Shown here: positions 25,682 to 37,575 of the stretch, in pieces
Position numbering within the stretch: the stretch's first letter is position 1
How the letters are laid out: each line of letters opens with the position of its first letter
Source: Vicugna vicugna
Lineage: Eukaryota
Direction of reading: 5' to 3'
Length of the DNA stretch: 64,000 nt
NCBI GenBank assembly: GCA_013265495.1
Contig: MU058252.1
Location: 1,212,244-1,276,243, forward strand
Translations under genes and position numbers: made by a program
Notes under the pieces: generated by a model
Databases searched by the model: none
Seen by the model: the letters and a program-made list of their open reading frames with translations, nothing else
Told to the model about the DNA's origin: nothing

Positions 25682-28036
25682 CAGAGATCAGCAAACCTTT
25701 CTGAAAAGGGCCAGACAGTAAATATTTTAGATTGTGTGGGACAAAGGCAAAATTAAAAATACTATGTATTTATCTACCAAGAGAAAAACAAATTTCCACA
25801 AAATTGTAAATAACTATTGTTATTATTCAAAATATGGTAACAACTGAGTTTGATGGGGGGTGTGATACAAGGCTACTATTGAGAACAGATTTGAAGGGAG
25901 GACAACATTTCATTTAATTGGAGTTCAAAGCTATGTTTCTCTGTCATAAAAATGGATTGTAAATGTTCATCTGTTTGTTCTGATATATAACGCAGTTTTA
26001 CACATCCCTCTCTGAAAAAATCTTTTCACACAGAGGCACTGCCACATACTGACATTAATCCATAAGCGTATAGTTTTATCTAAGCATATTCATCTCTGAA
26101 AAGCATATATGAAATTTTTTTAGAGTCTTGGTCTTTGCTTTTAGCATTAAATTATATTTCAACTAAAGCATAGGCTGAAGACTCTCCATGACACAGTTAA
26201 ACGGATTTTGAAACATGGAAATTTCCTTTGTACTTGCCACAGGGCCCAAAACTGCTACGGAACTATAGTTTGAGCTTAGGAAAGGTTTCTCTACCAAATT
26301 TACACGGGAATGGAGATCTTGCTTTTTATTTTAAATTCTGATGGTATGAAAAGCGCATAAAGCAGATTGACATTACCTGTGATTCAAACAACACTAGATG
26401 CTGTAGAGATGATTTTACCATGGTGTTTATGTTTTACATAAAAGCAGTGCTCTACACCTTGTAATTTTAGGTTGAATTCACTAGGAAATATTATAAGGTC
26501 TATAGCAAAAGTTAATTTCCAAAGTCATTTTATACTTGATTAATAGATTAAAGATTTGAATAACAATCTTTTCATTCAGAAAAAATTTAATCTCAGCCCT
26601 AAGTTAAAAAAAAAAACTGCAGTAAAACGTTCCCATTGCTCAGTCATCCAACTGCAGGGAATTCAGTATATTCAGCTTTTATTTCTTAAAAACAAAAACA
26701 GAAACAAAAACAAAACTCCCAGAACTGAGATGGTGACATCCACAAGAGCAAATGAAACACACCACTGACACTATTAGTTTAATAATCCATGACAGATTTA
26801 ACTATTTTATGCAAAGTGCCTGCTGATGAATGAATACAATAAAGGTATGTTTTTAAACACTATTATGTTTTTAACAAGTTTGGTGAATTTGTGAAACTGA
26901 AGCCTTTTTCCACTCCATGCTTACTTCTACCACTATTAATTGTGCACATCTTAGCAGCTTATACTTCAGGTTATATTAAAACAGTGTATTCCCTCTGTAG
27001 TTGCTTCATGCAGACTATTTGATTCATAGAGACTAATGCTTCAGTCATTTCTACAAACTGAGCATTGACTCCTAGAATAAACAACTGAGCAGTACTGTAA
27101 CATCCACTGACTCATCAAGAGGCAAGGAAAACCACTAATAGCCACTTACTTTGTCTTTTAAGTGACTATTAATATTATTCAGCTTGTCCTCAACTTTTAA
27201 AACAACTATTCTTATGGAAAGGCTGATCGTCTGAAGTTTATTTTCTGTGCACACATTTCTTCAACTGCTGTAGTCAAACATGATTTAAATAACTTACCAC
27301 TGATAAATGGCTTTCTTTACTTTGCTAACAAATGAGCCAGCCACTCAGAAATTTACTTTGGTTGTAACCTCATTTTCATTTTTCACTTTCGTAAAAAAAA
27401 TTTCTGCCATGATTAGAAAGTCCATTTTAATTTATTTTTTTCTGATTATTACTTTCCCGTGAGTTGGGATTAGTGTGATGTGTGTTCAGTCAGGTAACAC
27501 TAACAATGCACTGTATTCTTTTAAGCACAGCTACAGTATCACAGCATAATAAACATAATGCTAATTTGGTATCAACAGAATCCACTCCACTATGCCTCAC
27601 AAGCTCTATACATAAAGTCTACTCTTCTTTTCTGATATAACATGAAAGTTATGGACCAGTAATTAAAAAAAAATTAGTAAGATGGCAAGACAATACACGT
27701 GACAATCAAAAACTGATGAGCTGTAATTGTGTCACTGGGATTTGTGGCACACCCACAACAACGCAAGCCATATGTGGCCTCTGCAGCAACAATTCAGCTG
27801 TCACCAGAGGGCAACAGATACTGTGCAAATGAACAGTGGGACTCTGTTTCAAAAAAACTTATTTATGGACACTGAAATTTAAATTCCATATGACTCTCAT
27901 ATGATTTCATGTTATAAAATACATTCTTTTAATTTTTTTAACCATCTAAAACATAAAACCTACCTTGGCTTCTGGATCACATAAACAAGTGTGGTAGACT
28001 AGATTTGACCATCAGGGCATAATTTGCTAACCTACA
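25682..28036 (-). mobile_element. Near full-length Cheshire-type hAT-Charlie DNA transposon (MER58 parent), decayed transposase
   Basis: MER58-like termini (cagagatcagcaaacc... and ...aatttgctaacctaca). 8-bp TSD gtgtagcc 25674-25681 / atgtagcc 28037-28044. Minus-strand transposase motif WFSLPLDESVDVT/TAQLFILGVN near 27065-27135. Confidence 0.8.
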
Positions 28037-29899
28037 ATGTAGCCTTTAGGGGTCCCAAATGGCCCCTAAAGCCTATTTTTGTATTCCCAGCTCTACAGAC
28101 TGCCAGAAACTCCTCTCAGTTTTCTAGACTCTCAGCTGGTCTTTTATGAACTGGACAAATGCCTCAAAGGAAAAAGAAAAGTTTCCGTCAGGCTGACCTC
28201 TTGACGTAAGATTTCCCTCTGGGCTCTCACTCCCTCCAGTCCTCACCTCTCTACCAGTTCTCTGACGCCTTTACACGGTTCCTTAAATCCAGCTTTTCTA
28301 GCTGTTCTCAGTGGCATTGCTGATCTACAATAAGTTCCTCTGCTATCGGTGCAGATGAAAGTAATACATGCCCTACCAAATATCAAGGCTTATTATAAAG
28401 CTATAGCAACCATGACGCCGACACTGTCACCAGAATATATAAATATACAAAGAAACTAAAATAAACAGCTTAGAAACAATCCAGGCATTTACTGAACACC
28501 TGCTAAGTCACAGAGGTCACCTTACAAATGAGGGGGGAAAGGAAAGACTTTTCAATAAGTGACGCATATATGAGAAAACAAAACGGGACTCCTGTATCAC
28601 ACAATACAACAGTGAAAAACACATGGATGTTAAGACAAAACTACAGAAATGAACTTCTGAAATGTATTTCCAGGGAAGCATCAGAAACTGCTGAAAGGGT
28701 TTTAATTAAAAACAAATACATTAGCATTATTCAAAATTCACAACTTTCTAAAGGGTAGACAATGAGGTCACTTTTTCCTCTTAGCTTACACTCAGCATAA
28801 TTCCTAGATAAATTTTAAGATTAAGAATCAAGTTGGCAAGGTGAAAGAAAACAAACACATTAATTTTTAGGTGTAGGTATAACTAACAGCGTTCTGTGGT
28901 CAAAACCTGGATTATCCTGCTATATACAGACTTTGCATGTGGTATTTTAAGGAAAAACTCCATAACTGATCCTGGAGTCTTCCTTACAGACTTGCATTTT
29001 AGACTGGGGAGATCATCTAAGTTCTTCCAGTGCAAAATGCAGAAACTAGGTATGGGCAGGTAGCACTGCTTGGTGGGGCTGTCACGTGACATGAGCTAAC
29101 AACATCAGACACAGAAAAAGAAGTCTAGGTTCCTGATTCTCTCCCATTCAATACAGTAATTCCGCTTTGTTTAGAAAATATTTTGCGGGAAAAAAAAAAG
29201 AAAGAAAGAAAGAAAATATTTTTCAGAAACCTTATAATACAGAAACACACATGAAATCACCGGCCATATCTCCTTAAATCTACACATCCAGACTCAGGAA
29301 CTCCTGGTAACACTTCCTACAACTTGTGTTCTATGTCATGTCCATCTCGTCACTGGCCATCTTCCTCTGAAAACTGACAAAAGGGTCAATTGTCCATCTT
29401 CTTTCCTACAGCCCTGACGTTTAGTTCCAAAGATGTTTCACGGGATTTAAGGCTCAGTATAGCCAAAACAAAACTCCTAATTTTCCCCTGTACTAAGGAA
29501 ACATCTACAACCCCTCCTTCTAATTCATAAAGAATAAAACACAACTTACTCTGCCCCTATGGCGTTCTATCCTTAGAATTCACACGTAAAACCTAAATTC
29601 AGACACTTACATTTATTAACTTTTAATTGTAAGTAATTAATTCTCAGTAATTCTAAGTATTTTTATCTTCAAGTAAACCTCTTCCAACTTAACTACAAAA
29701 GGCTAGGGGAGGGGAGGGTGTTCAGATCTGTTAATGCTGCTCTTCCTTTCAAGAAATTTCCATAATGAAACTCCTAAGCCTAGTGTGCAAAGTTAAGGAC
29801 ATTTTCCATTTTCGTTTCCCACCCCACTTATTCACCATTCATTCTCGTATGTGACATTCTTCCAGAATCCACATGATCCCAAACTCTGTTCAAAATGAT

Positions 29900-30945
29900 A
29901 CTATGCCCATCATACTCCTTGACTTCAGACTATACTACAAACCTAAAAAAACTGTGGTACTGGCACAAAAACAGACACACAGATCAATGGAACAGAATAG
30001 AGACTCCACACAATTATGGTCCATTAATCTATGACAAAGGAGGCAAGAATGTACAATGGAAAAAAGACAGTCTCTTCCACAAGTGGTGCTGGACAGTGGC
30101 ATGTAAAAGACTGAAATTAGAATATTCCCTAACACCATATATAAAAATAAACTCAAAATGAATTAAAGACCTAAATGTAAGGCTTGAAACAATAAAACTT
30201 CTAGAAGAGAACACAGGCAGAATGAACTGACAAATTGTAGCAGTATTTTTTTGGTTATGTTTTCTAAGGCAAAAGAAATAAAAACAAAAATAAACACACA
30301 GGAACTAATTAAACTTAAAAGCTCTTGCACAGCATAGGAAATCATCAATAAAATGAAAAGACAACATACTGAATGGGAGAAAATATTTGCAAATGAGATG
30401 ACAGATAAGGAGTTAAAATCCGAAATTCATATAAACAATGCATAGAAAATATAAAAAATTAAACAAAACAAAACAAAGACCCCAACTTAAAAATGGACAA
30501 AAGACCTGAGTAAACATTTTTTCCAAAGACATACAGATAGCCAATAGGCACATGAAAAAATGTTCAACATTACTATTCATCAGAGAAATGCAAATTAAAA
30601 CCACAAGGAGATATCACCTCACACCTGTCAAAATGTCTATCACCAAAAAGTCTACAAATAACAAACATTTTCAAGGATGCAGAGAAAAAAGAAAACTCTA
30701 GTACACAGTTGGTGGGACTGTAAATTGGTGCAACCACTATGGAAAACAGAATGGAGGCTCCTCAAAAAACTAAAAATAGAACTATCATATGATCCACCTA
30801 TTCCATTCTCTGGGGAAGGTAGACAAAGAAAATGAAAACACTAATTCAGAAAGCTACATGCACCCCAGTACTCCCAGCAGCATTATTTACATAAGCCGAG
30901 ATACAGAAGCAATCTAAATGCTCATCAATAAATGGATAAATTTAA
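29900..30945 (+). mobile_element. L1 ORF2 C-terminal fragment
   Basis: [35 protein letters not shown] in ORF 29895..30161; continues through aaatgcaaattaaaaccac and tatgatcca. Confidence 0.9.
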
Positions 30946-31029
30946 CCCATCCTCCAAACACCATCAAATATTTCCTACTTCTAAATATTTACAGGTGCCC
31001 TCAGTCAAAATATATTTCAGTAATGGACG

Positions 31030-31510
31030 CTGTTAGTTAACTTACAAAACATCCATTCCACTTTCTTCCTTCCTGAGGTTCTCAACTTTGTTCAGATAGC
31101 CACCCTCCTCTAAGCAGTAATGAGCTGTAGAGGGGTAGGTACCATCCCTGACCCCAGACAAGAATCACAAACTAATCAAATGGTGGTTGTCTCAACACTT
31201 TTATTGGTTATTGCTTTAAAGCATCTCCTAGGAGGTAATTCTGCCTAGTGAGATGTTAGGAGAAATCTGCTAGGCTAAAGGAAACCATATGGAAAGGATT
31301 TTCCTTAATTAAAATAATAAAGAAAAGGTTTTCAATTTTTCTGTCTCTAAACGTTATCATGAGGGTATGATGTTAGAGCTCCTGCCCACCATCTTTTGAT
31401 TATGAGGGAAGCACGACTGAAGAAGAGACCAACATGCTGTGGAAAGACAGTAATATTCTGGCAACTTGGCATCATGAAGCCACAGAACTACCCAGCACCC
31501 TAACTTCTCA
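31030..31510 (+). mobile_element. MLT1-type MaLR LTR (old subfamily)
   Basis: catccattccactttcttcctt, gagctcctgcccaccatcttttgattatgaggg. Confidence 0.5.
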
Positions 31511-32309
31511 TTTCCTACTGTGAAGAATCCATCACCCAACAAGGTAAAATTCACAATGCCTGATATCCAAATAAAGACTGCCAGGCACACAACGAAGCAG
31601 GAAATCACAATCCAAACAAAGAATGATCAGTCTTCAAAACTGACCAAGATGTTTAAATTATCAGATAAAGATGTTAAAACAACTCATAAATGTACTCATT
31701 ATGTTCAAAAAGCTAAATAGAGACATGGAATATATAAAAAGGCCCAAGTCAAACTTCATAAAACAAAAACACCTGAGATGAAAATTACATTCAATATGAT
31801 GAACAGTAGATTAGAAATTGCAGAAAAGATTAGTCAACAACTCAACAACAAAACAAACAATTCGATTAAAAAATGGGCAGAGGAACTGAATAAACATTTT
31901 TCCAGAGAAGACATACAGATGGCCAAGAGGCACATAAAAAACTGTCAATAACACTAAGTTTTTAGGGAAATGCAAATCAAAGCCACAATAAGGTATCATC
32001 TCATGTCTGTTAAAATGACTATTATCAGAAAGGCAAGAAATACAAGTGTTGGCAAGGATGTGGCCCAAAGAGAACCCTCGTACACTGTTGGCAGGAATGT
32101 AAATTGGTACAACTATCACAGAAAACAGTTTAGAGATTCCTTTAAAAATTAAGACTAGAACTAACGTATGATCCAGCTTTTCCACCTGTGAATATGAAAA
32201 CAGGAATTCAAAAAGATACATGCCCCCTTAAGTTTATTGCAGAATTATGTACAGTGGAAAGATATAGAAACAACCTGTGTCCATCAACAGATAAATGGGT
32301 AAAGAAGAT

Positions 32310-32314
32310 AGTGT

Positions 32315-32350
<36 letters not shown>
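32310..32350. repeat. (TG)n microsatellite, one interruption
   Basis: Read directly from the sequence. Confidence 0.95.
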
Positions 32351-32353
<3 letters not shown>

Positions 32354-32395
32354 ATAAACCTTAAAGCAACCAATAAAATAACAAAACAAGAGTTA

Positions 32396-34738
32396 CAAGC
32401 ACATCTCAGAGATAACACAGGTTCAGTTTCAGACCACCACAAAGTGGTCTGAAAGCAAGGTATACAATTTTTTTGGTTTCCCCGTGTATATAAAAGTTAT
32501 ATATACTGTATATATAACTGTATAGTTAACTAACACTATACTGTAGTCTATTAAGTGTGCAACAGCATTAACATATATACCTTACTTAAAAACACTTTAT
32601 GGCTAAAAAATGCCAACCATCATCTGAGCCTTAAGCAAGTCATTATCTTTTTTATGGTGGAGGGTCTTATCTTAATGTTACTGGCTGCTGTCTGATCACA
32701 GTGGTGGTTGCTGAAGGCTGGGGTGGCCGTGGCAGCTTTTTAACATAAGACAACAATGAAGTTTGTAATATCAGTTGACTCTTTCACAGATGATTTCTCT
32801 AGCATGCAATGCTGGTTTGATAGCATTTTACCCATGAAGCTTCTTTCAAAATGGGAGTCAGTCCTCTCAAATCCTGCCTCTGCTTTATCAACTAAGTTTA
32901 TGTAATATTCTAAATTCTTTGTTGTCATTTGAACAATCTTCACAATATCTTCACCAGTAGATTCAATGTAAAGAAATCACTTTCTTTGCTCATCAGTAAG
33001 AAGCAACTCCTTATCTGTTCAAGTTTTATCATAAGACCAGATCAAAACACCATTTCAGGCTTCACTTCTAATTCTAGTTCTCATGTTCTTTCCACCACAT
33101 CTGCAGTTACTTCCTCTACCAGAGGAAGACATCCTTCAAAGTCATCCATGAGGGTGGAAATCAAGTTCTTCCAAACTCCTGTTAATGTTGATATGTTGAC
33201 CGTTTCCCATGAATCATGAATGTTCTCAATGGCAACTAGGATGGTGAACCTCTTCCAGAAGGTTTCCAAGTGTCTTTGTCCAGATCCATCAGAGGAATCA
33301 CTGTCTATGGCAGCCATAGCCTTACAAAATGCATTTTCTTAAATAATAAGACTTGAAAGTCAAAACTGCTCCTTGATCCATGTGCCACAGAGTAGATGTA
33401 TGTCAGCAGGCATGAAAACAATATCAATCTTATTGTCCATCTCCATCACAGCTCTTGGATGACCAGGTGCACTGCCAATGGGCCGTCGTATTTTGAAAGG
33501 CATCTTGTTTCCTAAGCAGTAGGTGTCAACACTGGGCTTAAAATATTCAATAAACCATGTTGGTAAACAGATACACTGTCATCCACGCTTTGTTGTTCCA
33601 TTTATAGAGCACAAGTAGGGTATGATTTAGCATAATTCTTGAGTGCCCCAGAATGGTGAGTGAGCATTGGCTTCAACTTAGACTCACCCATTGCATTAGC
33701 CCGTAACAAGAGAATCAGCCTGTCCTTTGAAGCTGGGCACTGACTTCTCCTCTCTAGCTATGGAAGTCCTGGATGGTGGCATCTTCCATTAGAAGGCTGT
33801 TCTGTCTACACCGAAAATCTGTTGTTTAGCGTGGTCAGCTTTATTCATTATCTTAGTGAGATCATCTGAAGGACTTGCACCTTCTACATCAGCACTTGCT
33901 GCTTCACTCTGCACTTTTATGGAGACGGCTTCTTTCCTCAAACCTCGTGAACCACCCTCTGCTAGTTTTAAACTGTTTTCCTGCAGCTTCCTCACCTCTC
34001 TCAGCCTTAATAGAACTGAAGCGAGTTCGGGTCTTGCTCTGGATGATGCTTTGGCTTCAGGAACAGCAGCTGGTTTGATCTTCTATCCAGACTCTCAAAC
34101 ATTCTCCACATCAGCAACAAGTCACATCACTTTCTTATCATTCTGTGTTCACCGAAATAGCACTTTTAATTTCCTTCAAGAACTTTCCCTTTGCTTTCAT
34201 AACTTGGCTAACAGTTTGGCACAAAAGGCCTAGTTTTCAGCCTATCTCAGCCTTCAACAGTCTATCATTTCTAGTTTTTTATTTAAAATGAGAGATGTGA
34301 GAGTATTCCTTTCACTTGAACACTTAGAGACACTGTAGGGTTATTAATTGGTCTAATTTCAATATTGTTGTGTCTCAGGGAATAGGGAGACCCAAGGAGA
34401 GGAAGAGAGACGAGGATGGAGCAGTCAGAACACACACAACATTTACAGATTAAGTTTCTGTCTTACTGGGCATAGTCTGCAGCATGCCAAAACAATTGCA
34501 ATAGTGACATCGAAGGTCACTGATCATCACCGATCACCATAACAAATATATTAATAATGAAAAAGTTTAAAATATTGTGAGAATTACCATAATGTGACAC
34601 GAAGTCAGCAAATGCTGCTGGGAAAAATGGTGCTGATAGACTTGCTCAATGCACGGTTGCCACAATCAATCAATTTCTAAAAAACTGAGTATCTACAAAG
34701 CCCAATAAGGCAAGCCACAATAAAATTAGGTATGCCTG
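32396..34738 (-). mobile_element. Near full-length Tigger1 (TcMar/pogo) DNA transposon, decayed transposase
   Basis: TA duplications at 32394-32395 and 34739-34740; termini caagcacatctc / aggtatgcctg. Transposase fragments in ORFs 33789..33995 (IKVQSEAASADVE..QQIF), 33081..33317 ([17 protein letters not shown]) and 32740..32943 ([16 protein letters not shown]). Confidence 0.92.
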
Positions 34739-35247
34739 TAGAGGTAATAATCTAACAAGCGAGAAAGAATGGAATCATAAAAAACATTCAATCCAAAAAT
34801 ACGCAGGAAGAAGGAAACAAAAGATAGAGATAAATCAGGGGTGACAAAAAAAAAAAAAAGACTTAAATCAATCACATTAAATGTACACAGCTTATATACT
34901 CCAAATAAAAAAGCTGAGATTGTCAGATTATATTTTAAAAACTGCAAGAAATACACAATAAATATAAAACCAACAAATATGTTAAAAAGATGAAATAATA
35001 TATACCATAGTTACACTAATCAAAAGAAAGCTGGAGTGGATATATTAATAACAGAAAATTTCAGAGTTAAATATAAATTTTTTCTGTTACAGTCAAAAGT
35101 GTCCTTATTAGTATCTTTCCTCCGATCAAAGTTACAAAGTTCTTTTTATAACCACTAGAGCATCTATCATAGCCTCCCTATGATGAGAATAATTCAACGT
35201 TGTAAACTACAAAGCACCTACCATAGTTATATAGACAGAAGTATGCT

Positions 35248-36418
35248 GAAATTGAGACCCAATTCAATTTTGTTGCCATGCAAAAAAGGGGCTTAACGTA
35301 GCATGCCTGGGACTACTAACCTTAGAACAGCCTGCTTACATATCTGACATCTGGGAAACTGGATTTCAGGAGGGCTCCCATGGTTCCCTACGTGACAGAG
35401 GCAGTTGACTGTGCCTAGACTATCTGCAAACAATGTGGCTTTCCTTCTGGTACAGGCTTAGCAGAGGGTGTCTAAGTGACTAGCTCCCAGTAAAGACCAG
35501 TAAAGACCCTGAGCTTCTCAGGGTGAAAGCATCACACACATGTTGCTGCATTTTCATTTCTGGAGGAAGAGGGTGCTCTGTGTGACCCGTCATGGGAGGA
35601 AGAGAACCTAAGAAAGCCTGCACGTGGATTTTTCCAGATCTTGTCAATGTCTTTTTCCAGTAAGATCTTTCCATGGTATATCCTTACCACATCAAGGCAT
35701 TAAGTCTTTTTTTAAGTTAGTACAGAGTTTTTTGTCTTCCCTCTGTCAAACCCTGAGCAAATCGCTTTCCCCAGGCTGCCTGGAGAGGCACCGAAAAAGG
35801 AACATAGAAGGCAGATAAGATACGGGAGAAAGAATTCTGGGAGGTGGAGACGGCTTGTCCACACGGCGAGAAGCATGAGAAAGGCCGCCTCATCAGGCAA
35901 GAGAGCATCATGGCCTCTGAAAGGGCAAAGCCCAGAATGGCAGAGCAGAGCTGCTGCTTCAGAGACGGGATCCTGGCAGAACCAGACACCAACCCCATTC
36001 CAGCCCCAGAACCAGCCACTCCAACTGTGGCAGCCCCAGCGCCAACGAACTTGGCTGCCATGTAATTCCCTTGAAATGGCACTAGTCTGGAAGCTGCAGC
36101 TAGGATGTGAGTGAGGCGGTCAGGGATGTGGAGCTGCGGGCTGCTGGGGCTCTGATCTGTCAGTGTCTCTTGCCGTTTCAGCACCACTGCAGATAGTGGA
36201 CAGGTTCTCCTGATCAAGGGGGAGGTGAAGATGAGCCTGGCACAAGAGTACATTTCCAGGGGATGAGGGGCTGTGGCAGGAGAGCTGCTCCCCATGCAGA
36301 GAAGACAGAGAGGGACCGAGGCAGTCAGTCGCAGCTGTAATTATGGCTCTATGCTGAGACCCATGAGAGCTTCTAATTAGTCTCCAATGTGGAGGCAGTC
36401 TTGTGGACTCCCAGACAA
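35248..36418 (+). mobile_element. MER21/MER77-like ERV LTR, split by the ATP5MC2 retrocopy (halves about 35248-35706 and 36325-36418)
   Basis: Resembles recalled MER21-group LTRs: cagagggtgtctaagtgactagctcccagtaaagacc, gaaagcctgcacgtggatt, and a 3' end tatgctgagacccatgagagcttcta...tcttgtggactcccagaca that resumes after the pseudogene. Confidence 0.6.
35707..36320 (-). pseudogene. ATP5MC2: Processed pseudogene of mitochondrial ATP synthase c subunit 2 (ATP5MC2/ATP5G2)
   Basis: Intronless. ATG at 36253 gives [32 protein letters not shown] (ATP5MC2-type presequence), then [20 protein letters not shown] and [19 protein letters not shown]. Shows frameshifts, internal deletions, a parental stop read as TGG, a UTR remnant and a 7-nt A tract at 35707-35713. 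Confidence 0.92.
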
Positions 36419-37434
36419 ATACAGAATTCAGATACATGGATACTTCCTTCCTCTTAAGAAACTATAGGTCAAAGTGAAGAATAGATATACTTTGACAGTT
36501 TTTTAGTTTACATTGCAAAGCACTAAAAAATGACAGTATTAGACAACATTATTCATAAAATAGGTAACTGGAAATCGTCTTACATAAAGATGCAGACCAT
36601 ATTTTAAATGATCTAATCTATTTTCAGTTGTTTAGAGGAGGGGTGTGGAGAGAGACTTTTACTGCGCACTGTTACTTATTTTTAAACAAAAATTACATTT
36701 ATATTATACTCCTTACCTACATTCTTATGTGTAATCCCATTTTATTACAGAAAAGCTATTTTTGTTCTCTTTTTCAGTCTATAAAAACCCCAAAGATAAA
36801 AAACTTACAACTCTTCTCAGAAAAATAAGTTGGCTTTTACACAAAGACATCTAGCATAAAATCAGTATAACACAGTAAGTCACATAATGGAATTTTAGGC
36901 TGGGGTTGTGGCAGAAGATGAGGGTGGAGAAAACTGAGAAATCATCAATTCTAAGTGGAGAGATGCTAAATGCAATGTTTTAATGTTTAATGTATACAGT
37001 ATGACTGAACATTTAATTCAGAACTAGATAAAAGAACAGAAATTGGGGGAGGGGCTTAGGGGTTATTTCGTCAGTGGGAGCAAGGAATGAAGTGCAGGAA
37101 AGAGGAGCTTGAGGTAAATAAATGATCAAGTTTCTGCAGAATTCAGGATTAAAGTATTCCCTTGGTAATATTCAAATTACCCAGATTTCCAAGATGTTGG
37201 CAGCACCTCTAGGGCTCCAAAGAGGAAATTAAAATCCCTGAAACACAGGTTCACAGCTTAGCATATTCTTCCATCTAGCAAAAGATGAAGTTCCCCCCAA
37301 GAAAAACTGAAAAACAAACTGAGGGAAATTTCAAAAAAACTGAACTGCTTGGTAATGAATGCCACTTAACAACTGAGGGAATTATATGAAATGTACTAGT
37401 TTTAAAATAGGAATAATGTTACTAATTATACGAG

Positions 37435-37575
37435 GATTTGCCAACCTCAGCACTACGGACGTTTTGAGCCGGCTACTGCTCTGGGCACTGTAGGATGTTC
37501 GGCAGTGGCCACTAGGTGCCAGTAGCACACTCCTCTCCATCCAAGTCAGTGTGCTCAGAATTGCCCTTCACTGGC
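37435..37575. mobile_element. MER20-like hAT MITE fragment
   Basis: caacctcagcactacggacgttttgagccgg...gcactgtaggatgttcggcag...ccactaggtgccagtagcac. Confidence 0.65.

Larger units (their letters stand above)
31510..35060 (+). mobile_element. Old L1M ORF1/inter-ORF remnant interrupted by a younger L1 3' piece (about 31835-32310), a (TG)n tract and Tigger1
   Basis: aaggtaaaattcacaatgcctgatatcc at the start; MQIKATIRYHL in ORF 31970..32152. L1 sequence resumes after Tigger1 with aatggaatcataaaaaa and atcaaaagaaagctggagtg. Confidence 0.7.

Noticed and set aside
28044..28071. Inverted repeat ctttagggg...cccctaaag beside the Cheshire TSD
   Set aside because: A 9-bp stem is within chance expectation for 64 kb.
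32740..34233. Intact or domesticated Tigger transposase (TIGD1-like gene)
   Set aside because: The coding sequence is broken into short fragments in several frames.
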